Below the pieces are notes generated by a model. The model made no database searches. It worked only from the letters and a program-made list of their open reading frames with translations, and was not told where the DNA came from. From Patescibacteria group bacterium (GTDB lineage: Bacteria > Patescibacteriota > WWE3 > 0-14-0-20-40-13): a stretch of 64,000 bases of DNA. Positions 28,822 through 37,871 of this stretch are shown here, piece by piece (positions within the stretch are counted from its first letter, which is position 1; every line of letters begins with the position of its first letter). Location of the stretch: positions 3,776 to 67,775 of the forward strand of contig JAHINB010000003.1 of assembly GCA_018896215.1 (NCBI GenBank). Direction: 5' to 3'. The position numbers were made by a program, and so were the translations under genes.

Positions 28822-29111
28822 TTCTAAATGGAGCATTGGCGTTTTTGTATATTGTATTAATCGCCTGTATTATGAATTTTGGGTCAAAAAGCATGTCTCG
28901 ACCCAATTCCTTTGTTGCTCCAATTGCTTTTATTTCTCTTTTTACATTGTCAACCGCTGTTATGGGTTATTTGTTTGGTTACTTGCCCGCAACACTCTAT
29001 TTTGACGGTAAAAAGAAACAGGCCGTCAATATGTTTTTACAAACAGTCGCCGTCTTTGCGGGGCTTACGGTTGTAACTTTTGCAATTCTTTTTTCTGGTG
29101 TTATATCTTAG
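28782..29111 (+). CDS. Small three-TM membrane protein (5' end uncertain)
   Basis: PFLNGA..YIVLIA, LFTLSTAVMGYLF, GKKKQAV; overlaps the start of the divergent gene. Confidence 0.6.
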   Translation: MPVIFFRDLCNHPFLNGALAFLYIVLIACIMNFGSKSMSRPNSFVAPIAFISLFTLSTAVMGYLFGYLPATLYFDGKKKQAVNMFLQTVAVFAGLTVVTFAILFSGVIS

Positions 29112-29241
29112 GACTTGATCGATAAGGAAATTTGCGTAAGAGAATTTTTTATAAATTCGTTATCAACTTTAAAACCCTCCATCATATAGTCTAGAAACTG
29201 TAATGCATACAGCGCTGTGGCTCTTTGATTGTTCTTTAGGG

Positions 29242-29985
29242 TTAGATTTGCGTTTTAGAAAACAACCAGCTTCCAACCGTTAGAAAAAGCGCGCAAAGCA
29301 AAGAAAGAACTGCAAAATCTGGCAAAATCCCAAAATGAGAGGTTCCAGTAAGGGCCGCGCGTAACCCATCTACCCCGTAAGTTAGCGGGTTTATTCGAGT
29401 TATCACATCTACCGCTTTTGGAAGATTGTTTAAAGGAAACAAAGCTCCCGACAGGAAAAACATTGGCATAACAAGAAAATTCATAATAAGTTGGAATCCC
29501 TGCATATCCTCTAATTTAGAAGCAATAGCGGTCCCAAGTGCTGTAAAAGTTAGAGCTATGAGAAAAATAAAAACCAGAGCCAACGGTAACATAAGCCAAT
29601 TTGATACCTTAAAACCAATCAATAAGGCTATTATAAATACCAAAAGACCCTGAAATGTGGCGACGGTTGCCCCTCCCAAGGTTCTGCCAATAATAATTTC
29701 TAAACGGGAAACTGGAGCAACCAGCGTTTCTTTTAAAAAGCCAAACTGCTTGTCCCAAATAACCTCAATTCCGCTAAAAAGCGAAGTAAAAAGCACCGAT
29801 TGGGAAATAACTCCCGGGACCAAAAATTGCAGATAATTTCCCGCTCCAGCTTTGGCAAAAACTGGACCAAATCCAAACCCCAAAGCTACCATAAAAAGTG
29901 CCGGCTGTCCCAAAGCCCCGATAATTCTTGATCGAGAACGGGCGTATCTTTTTATTTGGCGCAACCATAATGTATAAATTACCAT
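29242..29985 (-). CDS. ABC-2 exporter permease (DrrB-like)
   Basis: YLQFLVPG, DKQFGFLKETLVAPVSR, FFLSGALFP, NPLTYGVD. Confidence 0.9.
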   Translation of the reverse strand: MVIYTLWLRQIKRYARSRSRIIGALGQPALFMVALGFGFGPVFAKAGAGNYLQFLVPGVISQSVLFTSLFSGIEVIWDKQFGFLKETLVAPVSRLEIIIGRTLGGATVATFQGLLVFIIALLIGFKVSNWLMLPLALVFIFLIALTFTALGTAIASKLEDMQGFQLIMNFLVMPMFFLSGALFPLNNLPKAVDVITRINPLTYGVDGLRAALTGTSHFGILPDFAVLSLLCALFLTVGSWLFSKTQI

Positions 29986-29990
29986 AGTAT

Positions 29991-30785
29991 TTAACGATGA
30001 AACAGCCTTCTGCGGTTTCTTAAATGATCTAGATGATTAGCCTCTTCCTCTCGAATAACATTTCCTGTTAGCTTAAGAAACGCCTCTTCCAAACTTGTTG
30101 CTTGAGTTTCTTTTTTTAATTTCTCCAAAGATCCGTGTCCCACAATTTTTCCGTGGTCAATTATAGCTATTTCCTTGGCCATTTTTTCGGCTTCTTCCAT
30201 ATAGTGAGTGGTAAAAAATACGGTGATTCCCTCGGACACATTTAAGTTTTTTATATAATTCCAAATTTGGTTTCGGGTTTGCGGATCAAGTCCCAGCGTT
30301 GGTTCATCTAAAATAAATATTTTAGGGCGATGAAGCAATCCCCTGGCTATTTCTAGCCTTCTTTTCATGCCACCGGAAAAGGTTTTAACAAGGTTGTCTT
30401 TTCGTACCCAAAGCTCCACAATAGTAAGAAGCTCTTTAATTCTTTGTTGTCTTAAATCCTTGGGTACTTTGTATAAAGCGCCATGAAAGTCCATGTTCTC
30501 GTAGGCGGTTAGCTCATCATCTAAACTGGGGTCCTGAAAGACTATTCCAAAAGATTTTCTTGTCTCGTCGGGGTTTTGGGTTGGATCAAACCCATTTAGA
30601 AGCATCTTTCCCGAAGTCGGTGAAAGTAGTGTAGTAAGCATTTTTATTGTGGTGGACTTTCCCGCTCCATTAGGTCCTAAAAAGGCAAATATCTCTCCCT
30701 TTTCTACTGTAAAAGAGATATCGTCAACGGCGGTAAAATTTCCGTATTTTTTGACTAAATTTTTGACCTCGATAATGTTTTTCAT
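29991..30785 (-). CDS. ABC exporter ATP-binding subunit (DrrA-like)
   Basis: GPNGAGKST, FSGGMKRR, LDEPT, TTHYMEEA. Confidence 0.92.
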   Translation of the reverse strand: MKNIIEVKNLVKKYGNFTAVDDISFTVEKGEIFAFLGPNGAGKSTTIKMLTTLLSPTSGKMLLNGFDPTQNPDETRKSFGIVFQDPSLDDELTAYENMDFHGALYKVPKDLRQQRIKELLTIVELWVRKDNLVKTFSGGMKRRLEIARGLLHRPKIFILDEPTLGLDPQTRNQIWNYIKNLNVSEGITVFFTTHYMEEAEKMAKEIAIIDHGKIVGHGSLEKLKKETQATSLEEAFLKLTGNVIREEEANHLDHLRNRRRLFHR

Positions 30786-30786
30786 A

Positions 30787-31203
30787 TTATAAAACAACAA
30801 GCACCGCTCCTATTGCCATTAATGCGCCACCTAAAGCAATTGTTAGGGTGACTTTTTCTTTTAAAATAAAGGTTGCAAGTAAAATAGTAAATATAAGGCT
30901 TAGTTTATCTATTGGCGCAACTTGAGAGGCTTTTCCTAGTTGTAAGGCTCTAAAGTAAAAAATCCAAGATAATCCTGTGGCAATTGCCGAAAGAACTAAA
31001 AACGCCAAAGAGAAGCGGGATAAAGACGACATCTGTTTATAAGTGCCTTGTCAGAACACAATACCCCAAGCAAAAAACAAAATTACCACCGTTCTTATGG
31101 CGGTGGCAAGGTTGGAATCAACTCCTTTAACCCCAATTTTGGCAAATATTGTGGTAAATGCGGCAAAAACAGCAGAAAGCAAAGCATAAATTAACCAAGT
31201 CAT
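30787..31203 (-). pseudogene. EamA/DMT-family transporter with one in-frame TGA (31053-31051)
   Basis: MTWLIYALLSAVFAAFTTIFAKIGVKGVDSNLATAIRT..WGIVF*QGTYKQMSSL..YFRALQLGKASQVAPIDK in one frame. Confidence 0.85.
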
Positions 31204-31269
31204 TAAATAATTGTACTCTACATCGGGAATCTATTGTAGTTTTTAGATATTTACCCTAAACTTTTCCCA

Positions 31270-31824
31270 ATGGATTATTTTGACAGAAACAAACTCGTTT
31301 ATTACCCGCTAGACCTGCTCGGAATAAAAAGAGAACTTCCTCTTGTTGCTATTTCTCCAAAATTAAAAATCGCCTCCGTAAACCTTCTTGGAGATGTGGA
31401 GTTGGTAAATGTTTCGGCAAAAGAAATTGCCAAAAAAATTAAAAACTTAGATTATGACATGTTGGTTGGCCCCGAAGTTAAGGTTGTCCCGCTGATTCAT
31501 CAGTTGGCTACAATTACAAAATCTAAAAACTACATTATCTTTAGAAAGAATATTATGGGCTATATGGTAAAACCAGTTATGTCCTTTGGTAAGGATAAAT
31601 TGGTTCTGGATGGGCGAGATGCCGAATTGTTAAAAGGTAAAAAGGTTATTATTGTAGATGATGTGGTCTCAAGTGGTAAAACCACCCATGCCATAATTGC
31701 CCTTTTAAAAACCCTCAATACCAAAGTTGTTTGTGTAGTCTCAATATTTAAACAAGGCGATGATGAGATGTTAGATATTCCAAACTTTATTTATTTAGCA
31801 AAACTTCCCCTTTTAAAATCTTAA
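31270..31824 (+). CDS. Type I phosphoribosyltransferase (adenine PRTase-like)
   Basis: PRPP loop VIIVDDVVSSGKT; RELPL, LLGDVEL and GPEVK resemble Thermus-type APRT. Confidence 0.8.
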   Translation: MDYFDRNKLVYYPLDLLGIKRELPLVAISPKLKIASVNLLGDVELVNVSAKEIAKKIKNLDYDMLVGPEVKVVPLIHQLATITKSKNYIIFRKNIMGYMVKPVMSFGKDKLVLDGRDAELLKGKKVIIVDDVVSSGKTTHAIIALLKTLNTKVVCVVSIFKQGDDEMLDIPNFIYLAKLPLLKS

Positions 31825-31894
31825 ATAAGTTTGTAACGCTTTCGCTTCGCGAAACATTTTAGTATTTTTTCTCTAATCTTGTTATAGAAACTAG

Positions 31895-32160
31895 TTGACT
31901 TGGCTAGTTTAATAATTTAATGTAAGGTTGTTAGGATTACATTACAATATCCCTCGCCGAGGGAAAAAGCAGATGCTTAACTATAAATTGGCAAAATTAA
32001 TGACCACCTGTTTTTGGGTTTTTACCGAGGGTGGTTTTTTAGTCTCTAGCACTTTAAAAACTGAATATCTCATTAATTAAGCGGTAGCAAAATGCTCATC
32101 TCTTTTGAGTTGGCTATTTTGCTATCGCTTAAGCGTGGCTCCACAATTACTTTGTGGAAA
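31895..32160 (+). promoter_or_regulatory. Structured leader: promoter, hairpins, terminator-like stem, long stem
   Basis: TTGACT at 31895; TAATGTAA/TTACATTA; CCCTCG/CGAGGG; ACCACC..GGTGGT-TTTTT; 17-bp stem 32077-32132. Confidence 0.45.
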
Positions 32161-32198
32161 GACAATTCCACTTTCAGTTCAGTTTTAGGAGGTTTTCC

Positions 32199-33287
32199 AT
32201 GTCTCGCTCAAAGATCGCTGTGTTGTTCGGCTTATCCCTTCTCGTGCTCATGAGTTCGTGCGCGAGTCCTGCCACCCCACAAGTGGTGGAAAAGATCGTT
32301 GAGAAGGTGGTCGTGGTCACTGCACAACCAGTTCCTGTAATCAAGCTCGTGCATCTCAATGTCCCGCTAGGGTGGGTAAACAATGACGAGTTCGTGGCGC
32401 TACAGGTGGCTCAAGCCAAGGGGTTCTATGCCGAGGCAGGCCTCGATGTCAACTTGATCTCTGGCGGTGGCTCCACCGGGTTCGATCCTCTGGTTGCCAT
32501 CATGGGTTTCGATGACAGTATTCGGATCGGTGTGCCGGCGGCAATGAGCTTGGTCGTCAAGGCCAAGTCGGAGGGTATTGATGTGGTAGCAGTGGCTGCC
32601 CTGACTCAAGAAGAGCCGGGCGGTTTCATTGCTCTTACCAAGTACGCCCCCCAGGCCACCGGGCTCTGTGACTTTAAGGGCAAGGTCGTCTCCATGCAAA
32701 CGGAGGCGACATGGTATGTAGATGCACTCGGAAAGCAATGCGTCACCGGTGCCCTAGTTGCTGGCGAGGACTTTACCGTCGTGCCGGCTGGTTGGACACC
32801 TGATTGCCTTCTGGCCACCGGCGCCAACCGTTGCGATTTTTATTGTGGTTGGGCGACCAACCAGGTGTTCGGTCTCGAGCAACAGGGGTTGAAGCTCGGA
32901 GTGGACTTCCAGTTCTTTCTGGCGAGCAAGTATCTGCCGTTTCACTATGCTGATGTCATCGTGGTGAACGGCGCCTGGGCCAGGAAAAACCCGGAGATCG
33001 TTCGTGGCTTCGTTCAAGCCTCGATGAAAGGGTTGCAATATACCCTCGATCATCCTGACGAAGCGGTACAGATTTCTGGTGCGGTACCGGGGATGGATCT
33101 GGCTCACGCCACCTGGCGTATCCCGATTCAGAACAGACTCGTTACCAACGAAGACACCGCCAAATTCGGTGTTGGGTACATCGATGTGGGCAAGGTTCAG
33201 GATATGATCAACCTTCTCGCCGAGAAGGACCAGATCAAGACCGAGTTCGATGCCAGCACCGTCGTCGACAGCTCGTATCTGAAGTAG
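32199..33287 (+). CDS. ABC transporter substrate-binding lipoprotein, NMT1/THI5-like
   Basis: Lipobox LMSSC; LGWVNNDEF, AKGFYAEAGLDV, NPEIVRGFVQASMKGLQY; SD AGGAGG. Confidence 0.85.
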   Translation: MSRSKIAVLFGLSLLVLMSSCASPATPQVVEKIVEKVVVVTAQPVPVIKLVHLNVPLGWVNNDEFVALQVAQAKGFYAEAGLDVNLISGGGSTGFDPLVAIMGFDDSIRIGVPAAMSLVVKAKSEGIDVVAVAALTQEEPGGFIALTKYAPQATGLCDFKGKVVSMQTEATWYVDALGKQCVTGALVAGEDFTVVPAGWTPDCLLATGANRCDFYCGWATNQVFGLEQQGLKLGVDFQFFLASKYLPFHYADVIVVNGAWARKNPEIVRGFVQASMKGLQYTLDHPDEAVQISGAVPGMDLAHATWRIPIQNRLVTNEDTAKFGVGYIDVGKVQDMINLLAEKDQIKTEFDASTVVDSSYLK

Positions 33288-33320
33288 TTCTATGTTCTAC
33301 TATGAAATATGGAGGGTGAA

Positions 33321-34094
33321 ATGAACGCACTCGGGATTCAAGATCTGACCGTACGGTTCGGTAATCTAATTGCTCTTTCGCAAGTATCGTTGACAGTGCA
33401 AGAGCATGAGATCGTCGCCCTTATCGGTCCATCTGGATGCGGAAAGTCCACCCTCTTGCGTGCAACAGTCGGCATTGTGCCTGGCATGGTGCCGACTGCT
33501 CACTTAGAAGGCGGGATTGACCTCTTTGGAAAATCGCCGATCGAACGCCACAACGGCGAGGTCGATATGGTTTTCCAAGAGTCTTGTCTCCTGCCCTGGA
33601 GAACAACCCAAGCCAATATCAGGTTGGGTTTGGAAATTCTTGGCAGGAATGCAAATAACGGCACTTTACCGACCATCCTGGAAGCCATTGGGCTGACAGA
33701 CTTTGCCAATTGTAAACCCCGCGCGCTATCAGGTGGTATGCGCCAACGCGCCAGCTTGGCCACATCACTTGTGACTCACCCAAAACTCTTACTCATGGAT
33801 GAGCCTTTTGCCAACCTCGACTCCTTAACCAGAGAACAGATGTGGCAACTCGTAGAGCATCTACATTTGGATGATAAAATCCAAGCCGCATTGTTGGTAA
33901 CCCACTCCATTGAAGAGGCTGTTGCTTTGGCTGATCGGGTACTGGTAATGAGTGAGCGACCCGGTCAAATCATCGGTGAAGTGGTTGTAAGACTTCCTCG
34001 TCCTCGGATCACTCCAGAGGGGTTGTTGGTCGAAGGCTTTGGGGCGGTAGCCAACCAAGTCCGTCGTTTCATCCGCCACGGAGGTGAAGTATGA
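33321..34094 (+). CDS. ABC transporter ATPase (NitT/TauB-like)
   Basis: GPSGCGKST, LLPWRT, LSGGMRQR, LMDEPFANLD, VTHSIEEA. Confidence 0.92.
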   Translation: MNALGIQDLTVRFGNLIALSQVSLTVQEHEIVALIGPSGCGKSTLLRATVGIVPGMVPTAHLEGGIDLFGKSPIERHNGEVDMVFQESCLLPWRTTQANIRLGLEILGRNANNGTLPTILEAIGLTDFANCKPRALSGGMRQRASLATSLVTHPKLLLMDEPFANLDSLTREQMWQLVEHLHLDDKIQAALLVTHSIEEAVALADRVLVMSERPGQIIGEVVVRLPRPRITPEGLLVEGFGAVANQVRRFIRHGGEV

Positions 34095-34834
34095 AAAGGT
34101 CACAATGGCTGGTACCGCTGGTGACCCTCACCTTCCTGCTTGTGGCCTGCGAAGTGTCACTGACGCTGGCGCGAGTATCAACCTTCATTTTCCCCAAGCC
34201 AACGCTGATCGTCAAAGCGTTGGTTGAAAACTGGGGTTGGATCGTTGCCAACTTGCAAGTCACAGCCATGGAAGCAGTTGTCGGTTTCGCCCTTAGTATT
34301 GTGCTTGGGATAACACTGTCGACGGTTTGTCTGTTTGTCCCGCAAGCCGAGAACCTCGTCGTGCCTTTCGCCATCGCCATTCGCAATGTGCCGTTTGTTG
34401 CTTTGGCGCCGATTCTCTTCATGACGATGGGATATGGTCCCTGGCCCAAGATCATCATCGTTATGATCGTTAGTTTCTTTCCAATCATGACCAATCTTAC
34501 GGCTGGATTTGCAAGCGCAGAAGTCGCTCAAAAGGAAAGATTCTTTGTATGGCGAGCGACCCGTTGGCAGATGTTTGTCAAGCTTCAACTGCCTTCGGCT
34601 ATCCCGTATTTTGTGGCAGGGTTGGAAATCGCGGTTAGTAACATCATCATTGCCGCGATCGTTGGCGAATTGATGGGAACGACCAAGGGCTTAGGATTGG
34701 TCATTATTATGGCCGTGTCCCAGTACCGGTTTCCTTTGCTGATGGCAACCGTAGTGGTTACGACAGCACTGTCAATTGTGACTACATGGTTGCTACGCCA
34801 GGCAATGCGAATTGCCTTTTCACCTTGGAATTAA
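34091..34834 (+). CDS. ABC transporter permease (NitT/TauC-like)
   Basis: VPFVALAPI, FFPI, KLQLPSAIPY, AIVGE..GLG. Confidence 0.9.
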   Translation: MKRSQWLVPLVTLTFLLVACEVSLTLARVSTFIFPKPTLIVKALVENWGWIVANLQVTAMEAVVGFALSIVLGITLSTVCLFVPQAENLVVPFAIAIRNVPFVALAPILFMTMGYGPWPKIIIVMIVSFFPIMTNLTAGFASAEVAQKERFFVWRATRWQMFVKLQLPSAIPYFVAGLEIAVSNIIIAAIVGELMGTTKGLGLVIIMAVSQYRFPLLMATVVVTTALSIVTTWLLRQAMRIAFSPWN

Positions 34835-34846
34835 GGAGAGTACACC

Positions 34847-35764
34847 GTGGACTACCAATCAATCCTGGATGTTTGTAGAAGTCAGTTTGAGGCTGATGCG
34901 GCGCGAACCGCATCTGTCGGAGGTTCCGGTACCCTTGCACTGGACAAGCGTGGAGGCATCGGTTTTCCCGAGGCCCTCACTTGTGTTTGCAACGATCGGA
35001 TTCTTCGATTCGAAGAGGTGTCAACGCCATTTGGGGATGTTCCGATGGTCAAACTCTTCGCAGTCAACGGCCAACCGGTCGTGCGGATTCCGATGCACGG
35101 TTGGCGATTGCCAGTGGCGACGCTCGAACACACTCAAGCAACCTTTTGGCTACTGGATCAGCTTGGCGTTCATCAAGTGCTCGTTGACGCTAGCGTTGGT
35201 GGGATCGGAGCCAAACCCATGGATGTCGTCATCCCCGATGATGTCTACAACCACGAGCCTGCCAAGATCGCTATGGCAAAGTTGGCCTTTGAATTGGGAA
35301 GAGACCCCTGGGTTCGGATGTATCAACCCTTCTGTCCCCGCTTAAGAAGCAAGTTGGTTACCTCAGTTCGTCAGGTTAAGACGGAAGGTCATGAACTTGG
35401 CGATCTCGTCGACGGCGGGGTCTACTGGACCACGCCTCTTGGTCCGTTTGAAACGGCTTTCGAGATAGCCACCTTCAAGACTCTTGGGGCTACCATCGTT
35501 GGCCAATCATCGGGGCAGGAAGCCCTAGCCGCTCGTATTCTTGGAATGTGTTTGGCTGTGGCCAACCCGGTTGTTAACTTTGCCGAAGGGCTCAACAACG
35601 CAGGCTGGTCTGGGGACAAAGGCATGGATTCCATGTACGAAGCCATCTCTATGCCCATGGCCCTCATGGTTTACTACACTCTTGAGCGAATCGTCAGCCA
35701 GACCCGCACCTGCGACTGCCAAACCATTGCTCACAGCCCTGATTTAGCTGGGCTGACATCGTAA
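34847..35764 (+). CDS. MTAP/PNP family 2 purine nucleoside phosphorylase (divergent, probably 6-oxopurine-specific)
   Basis: GGSG, TPFG, SVGGI, VIPDD, PFCPRLR, GPFETAFE, VVNFAEG. Confidence 0.82.
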   Translation: MDYQSILDVCRSQFEADAARTASVGGSGTLALDKRGGIGFPEALTCVCNDRILRFEEVSTPFGDVPMVKLFAVNGQPVVRIPMHGWRLPVATLEHTQATFWLLDQLGVHQVLVDASVGGIGAKPMDVVIPDDVYNHEPAKIAMAKLAFELGRDPWVRMYQPFCPRLRSKLVTSVRQVKTEGHELGDLVDGGVYWTTPLGPFETAFEIATFKTLGATIVGQSSGQEALAARILGMCLAVANPVVNFAEGLNNAGWSGDKGMDSMYEAISMPMALMVYYTLERIVSQTRTCDCQTIAHSPDLAGLTS

Positions 35765-35783
35765 TTAGGATTAGGAGGAACCT

Positions 35784-36314
35784 GTGTCCAACATTCAAGT
35801 CCTAGCTACCGAGAGGCAAATCAGGCAAGCCGTGAGAAGGATTGCTCGAGAAGTCTCTCGGCGGTACCAGGAGGAGTCGATTCTTCTGGTTGGAGTTCTC
35901 ACCGGCGCTTTCGTTTTCATGGCGGATCTGGCGAGGGAGCTCTACCGTATGGGGATGACAGATGTCGAAATCGAGTTCATCGACATATCTTCGTATAGTG
36001 GTACGGAGTCTGGGCAGATCCGTTTCGATCGTGACCTGACCGTTCCCATCAGCGGTCGGCATGTGGTGATTGTGGAGGATATCATCGATACCGGGGCAAC
36101 GCTGGCGTTCCTGTTGAAGCTCCTCGAAGTCAGGGAACCAGCCAGTTTGATTGTAGTTGCCCTGTTCAACAAGGTCACCCGGCGGGTTGAAACCCTCCCG
36201 TCAGAACGGATCATAACGGGAATTGACCTGCCTAACAAGTTCGTGGTCGGCTACGGTCTTGACCGTAACGGAAAGTTTCGGCATCTCCCTTTTGTGGGGA
36301 TTGTCGCAAGTTGA
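35784..36314 (+). CDS. hpt: Hypoxanthine phosphoribosyltransferase
   Basis: GVLTGAFVFMADL, ISSY, IVEDIIDTGATL, FVVGYGLD..RHLP. Confidence 0.93.
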   Translation: MSNIQVLATERQIRQAVRRIAREVSRRYQEESILLVGVLTGAFVFMADLARELYRMGMTDVEIEFIDISSYSGTESGQIRFDRDLTVPISGRHVVIVEDIIDTGATLAFLLKLLEVREPASLIVVALFNKVTRRVETLPSERIITGIDLPNKFVVGYGLDRNGKFRHLPFVGIVAS

Positions 36315-36325
36315 GGAGAGAGACC

Positions 36326-36377
36326 AACGACCAGTTGCTTGTGGATGCTTTCACAGACAACTGGTCGTTATTTTTTT
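36326..36377 (+). terminator. Intrinsic terminator ending the GC-rich cassette
   Basis: AACGACCAGTTG..CAACTGGTCGTT followed by ATTTTTTT. Confidence 0.8.
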
Positions 36378-36437
36378 ATCAAGTTGCAAATTACCCTTGA
36401 CAAGAAATTTTTTGTGAATGTATAGTTAAATCCCAGA

Positions 36438-37871
36438 GTGCCTAATTACAAAAAACGAAAATTAAAATCGCAAAAGTTTCTGGAGCCAAAAAGGCTCCTT
36501 TTTTTTGTCCCAAAGATATTAAAATACGGTTTTGTTTATAAAGTCTCCGCGGGTTTGCAAATTGATTTAAACACGGTTATTAAAAAGACTCCCAAAGGCT
36601 TTGTTGAACAACACTTATGCGATCACAATTGCAGTTTAGACTGCGGTAACTACCAATGCCCCGCCGCGTTTACAGAAAACAAAGGGGCAGATCCAAAAAG
36701 TTTAATGAGTTTAGAGGAAGTCCAAAAATCTCTTAAGGTTGCATTAGAAGGGCTAAAGCTGGCTAACAAACTGTTTTTGGAAAAAGAATTTAGCAAGTAC
36801 TGTGCCGACTTTAAAATACCAGGACAGGTTCAAGACGAAATCAGGGAAACGCTAAAAAACGGTGGTTACGAGCTTAACCTTTTTGGAGGAAACCCCGAAC
36901 TCCACCCAAACTTTTTGGAAATCGTAAAAAACGCCAAAGAAATGGGTTGGGTCGTTACGGCCACAACGACAGGTAAAAAGTTCATCTACAATGACAACTT
37001 TGTTCGAGGGTTTTTGCGGAACCCACCCGATCTTTTAGCTATGTCGGCGGACGATTACGAAGACATTAACGAGCTGAACGAACTTCTTAAGATGAATGCC
37101 GAGGATCTTAAAAAATATTGGCAGAAGGCTAATCCGCTTTACGGTCAAAGAAAAAAGGCTTTCGAATCTTTATATGTAGCTAAAATTTCTAAATCGCTCA
37201 AGAGCTTTCCTAAAATACTTTTTAATATCGTAATCCATCCCGGAAACCTGCCCCACATTTTCAAATTTATCAGCGCCTTAAGGCAACGCTTTCCCAATAT
37301 CATCATAAACCCCTATCCGGCGCAATCCAGCTTTTGTTACGAAAGTCCTGTTTGGAAAACAAGGCACCTCTTACCTTTAGAAAAGGTAGTCGATTACATG
37401 ATCCAAAACCAGACAAATTCCAGGGAGAAAAATTTTGTTTCCAGGCTTCATTATTGGCTTGTTTTAAAAAGCGTGTTTCTTACCAAAATGAGCAACAAAG
37501 ACAGAACAAAACTTCTTAGTGGATGGGGAATCTGGAGTTGTTATAAAAATAGCGGGGCGGGGAGATACCTTCAAGCGGGATCTTCAAACATCATAAAAAA
37601 AGAAGTTTTCAGAGTGGGTGGTCATCCGGGATGTTTTTGGAATCGCCAGACTGTAACAGAAGCATCGAAACAACTCTGGACTATGGACAAAAAACAAGTG
37701 GTTCGTTATTTAATTAATTCTAAAATTACGCTCCCAAAAACCGCGCCAAAACCCTGCCCGGGGTGTATTATGCCCCGCCTGATGTTTGATGGCATTTCCA
37801 CGGAATTAGGGCTTTCCTCTAAATTGATTCCGGCTTATTTAAAGTTACGAAAGGAACATTATGGTTTTTAA
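36438..37871 (+). CDS. Radical SAM-like protein with non-canonical Cys motif
   Basis: CX3CX3CX4C, FGGNPELHP (GGEP-like), TTTG, C-terminal WSCY..GCFWN..CPGC; promoter TTGACA-18 nt-TATAGT. Confidence 0.65.
   Translation: MPNYKKRKLKSQKFLEPKRLLFFVPKILKYGFVYKVSAGLQIDLNTVIKKTPKGFVEQHLCDHNCSLDCGNYQCPAAFTENKGADPKSLMSLEEVQKSLKVALEGLKLANKLFLEKEFSKYCADFKIPGQVQDEIRETLKNGGYELNLFGGNPELHPNFLEIVKNAKEMGWVVTATTTGKKFIYNDNFVRGFLRNPPDLLAMSADDYEDINELNELLKMNAEDLKKYWQKANPLYGQRKKAFESLYVAKISKSLKSFPKILFNIVIHPGNLPHIFKFISALRQRFPNIIINPYPAQSSFCYESPVWKTRHLLPLEKVVDYMIQNQTNSREKNFVSRLHYWLVLKSVFLTKMSNKDRTKLLSGWGIWSCYKNSGAGRYLQAGSSNIIKKEVFRVGGHPGCFWNRQTVTEASKQLWTMDKKQVVRYLINSKITLPKTAPKPCPGCIMPRLMFDGISTELGLSSKLIPAYLKLRKEHYGF

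Noticed and set aside
28048-28836. tRNA intron encoding a homing endonuclease
   Set aside because: tRNA-Asn is a complete, uninterrupted 75-nt gene; the ORF lies upstream of it.
29108-29240. Short minus-strand open frame (..ALYALQFLDYMMEGF..IKS*)
   Set aside because: It may be a gene remnant, but it has no start and no recognisable family.
30787-31203. UGA recoding (code 25/4) suggested by the in-frame TGA in EamA
   Set aside because: Conserved genes such as hpt (36314), recF (368), secF and the rhomboid end properly at TGA, and long genes contain no internal TGA. Nonsense mutation is simpler.
32174-36417. Many antisense and alternative-frame ORFs in the GC-rich cassette, and over dnaK, purA and the tRNAs
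   Set aside because: Expected by-products of higher GC or strong codon bias; they have no motifs or start signals.
36438-37871. Direct assignment as prokaryotic viperin
   Set aside because: The Cys spacing, length and C-terminal Cys cluster do not match viperin motifs as far as I can see.
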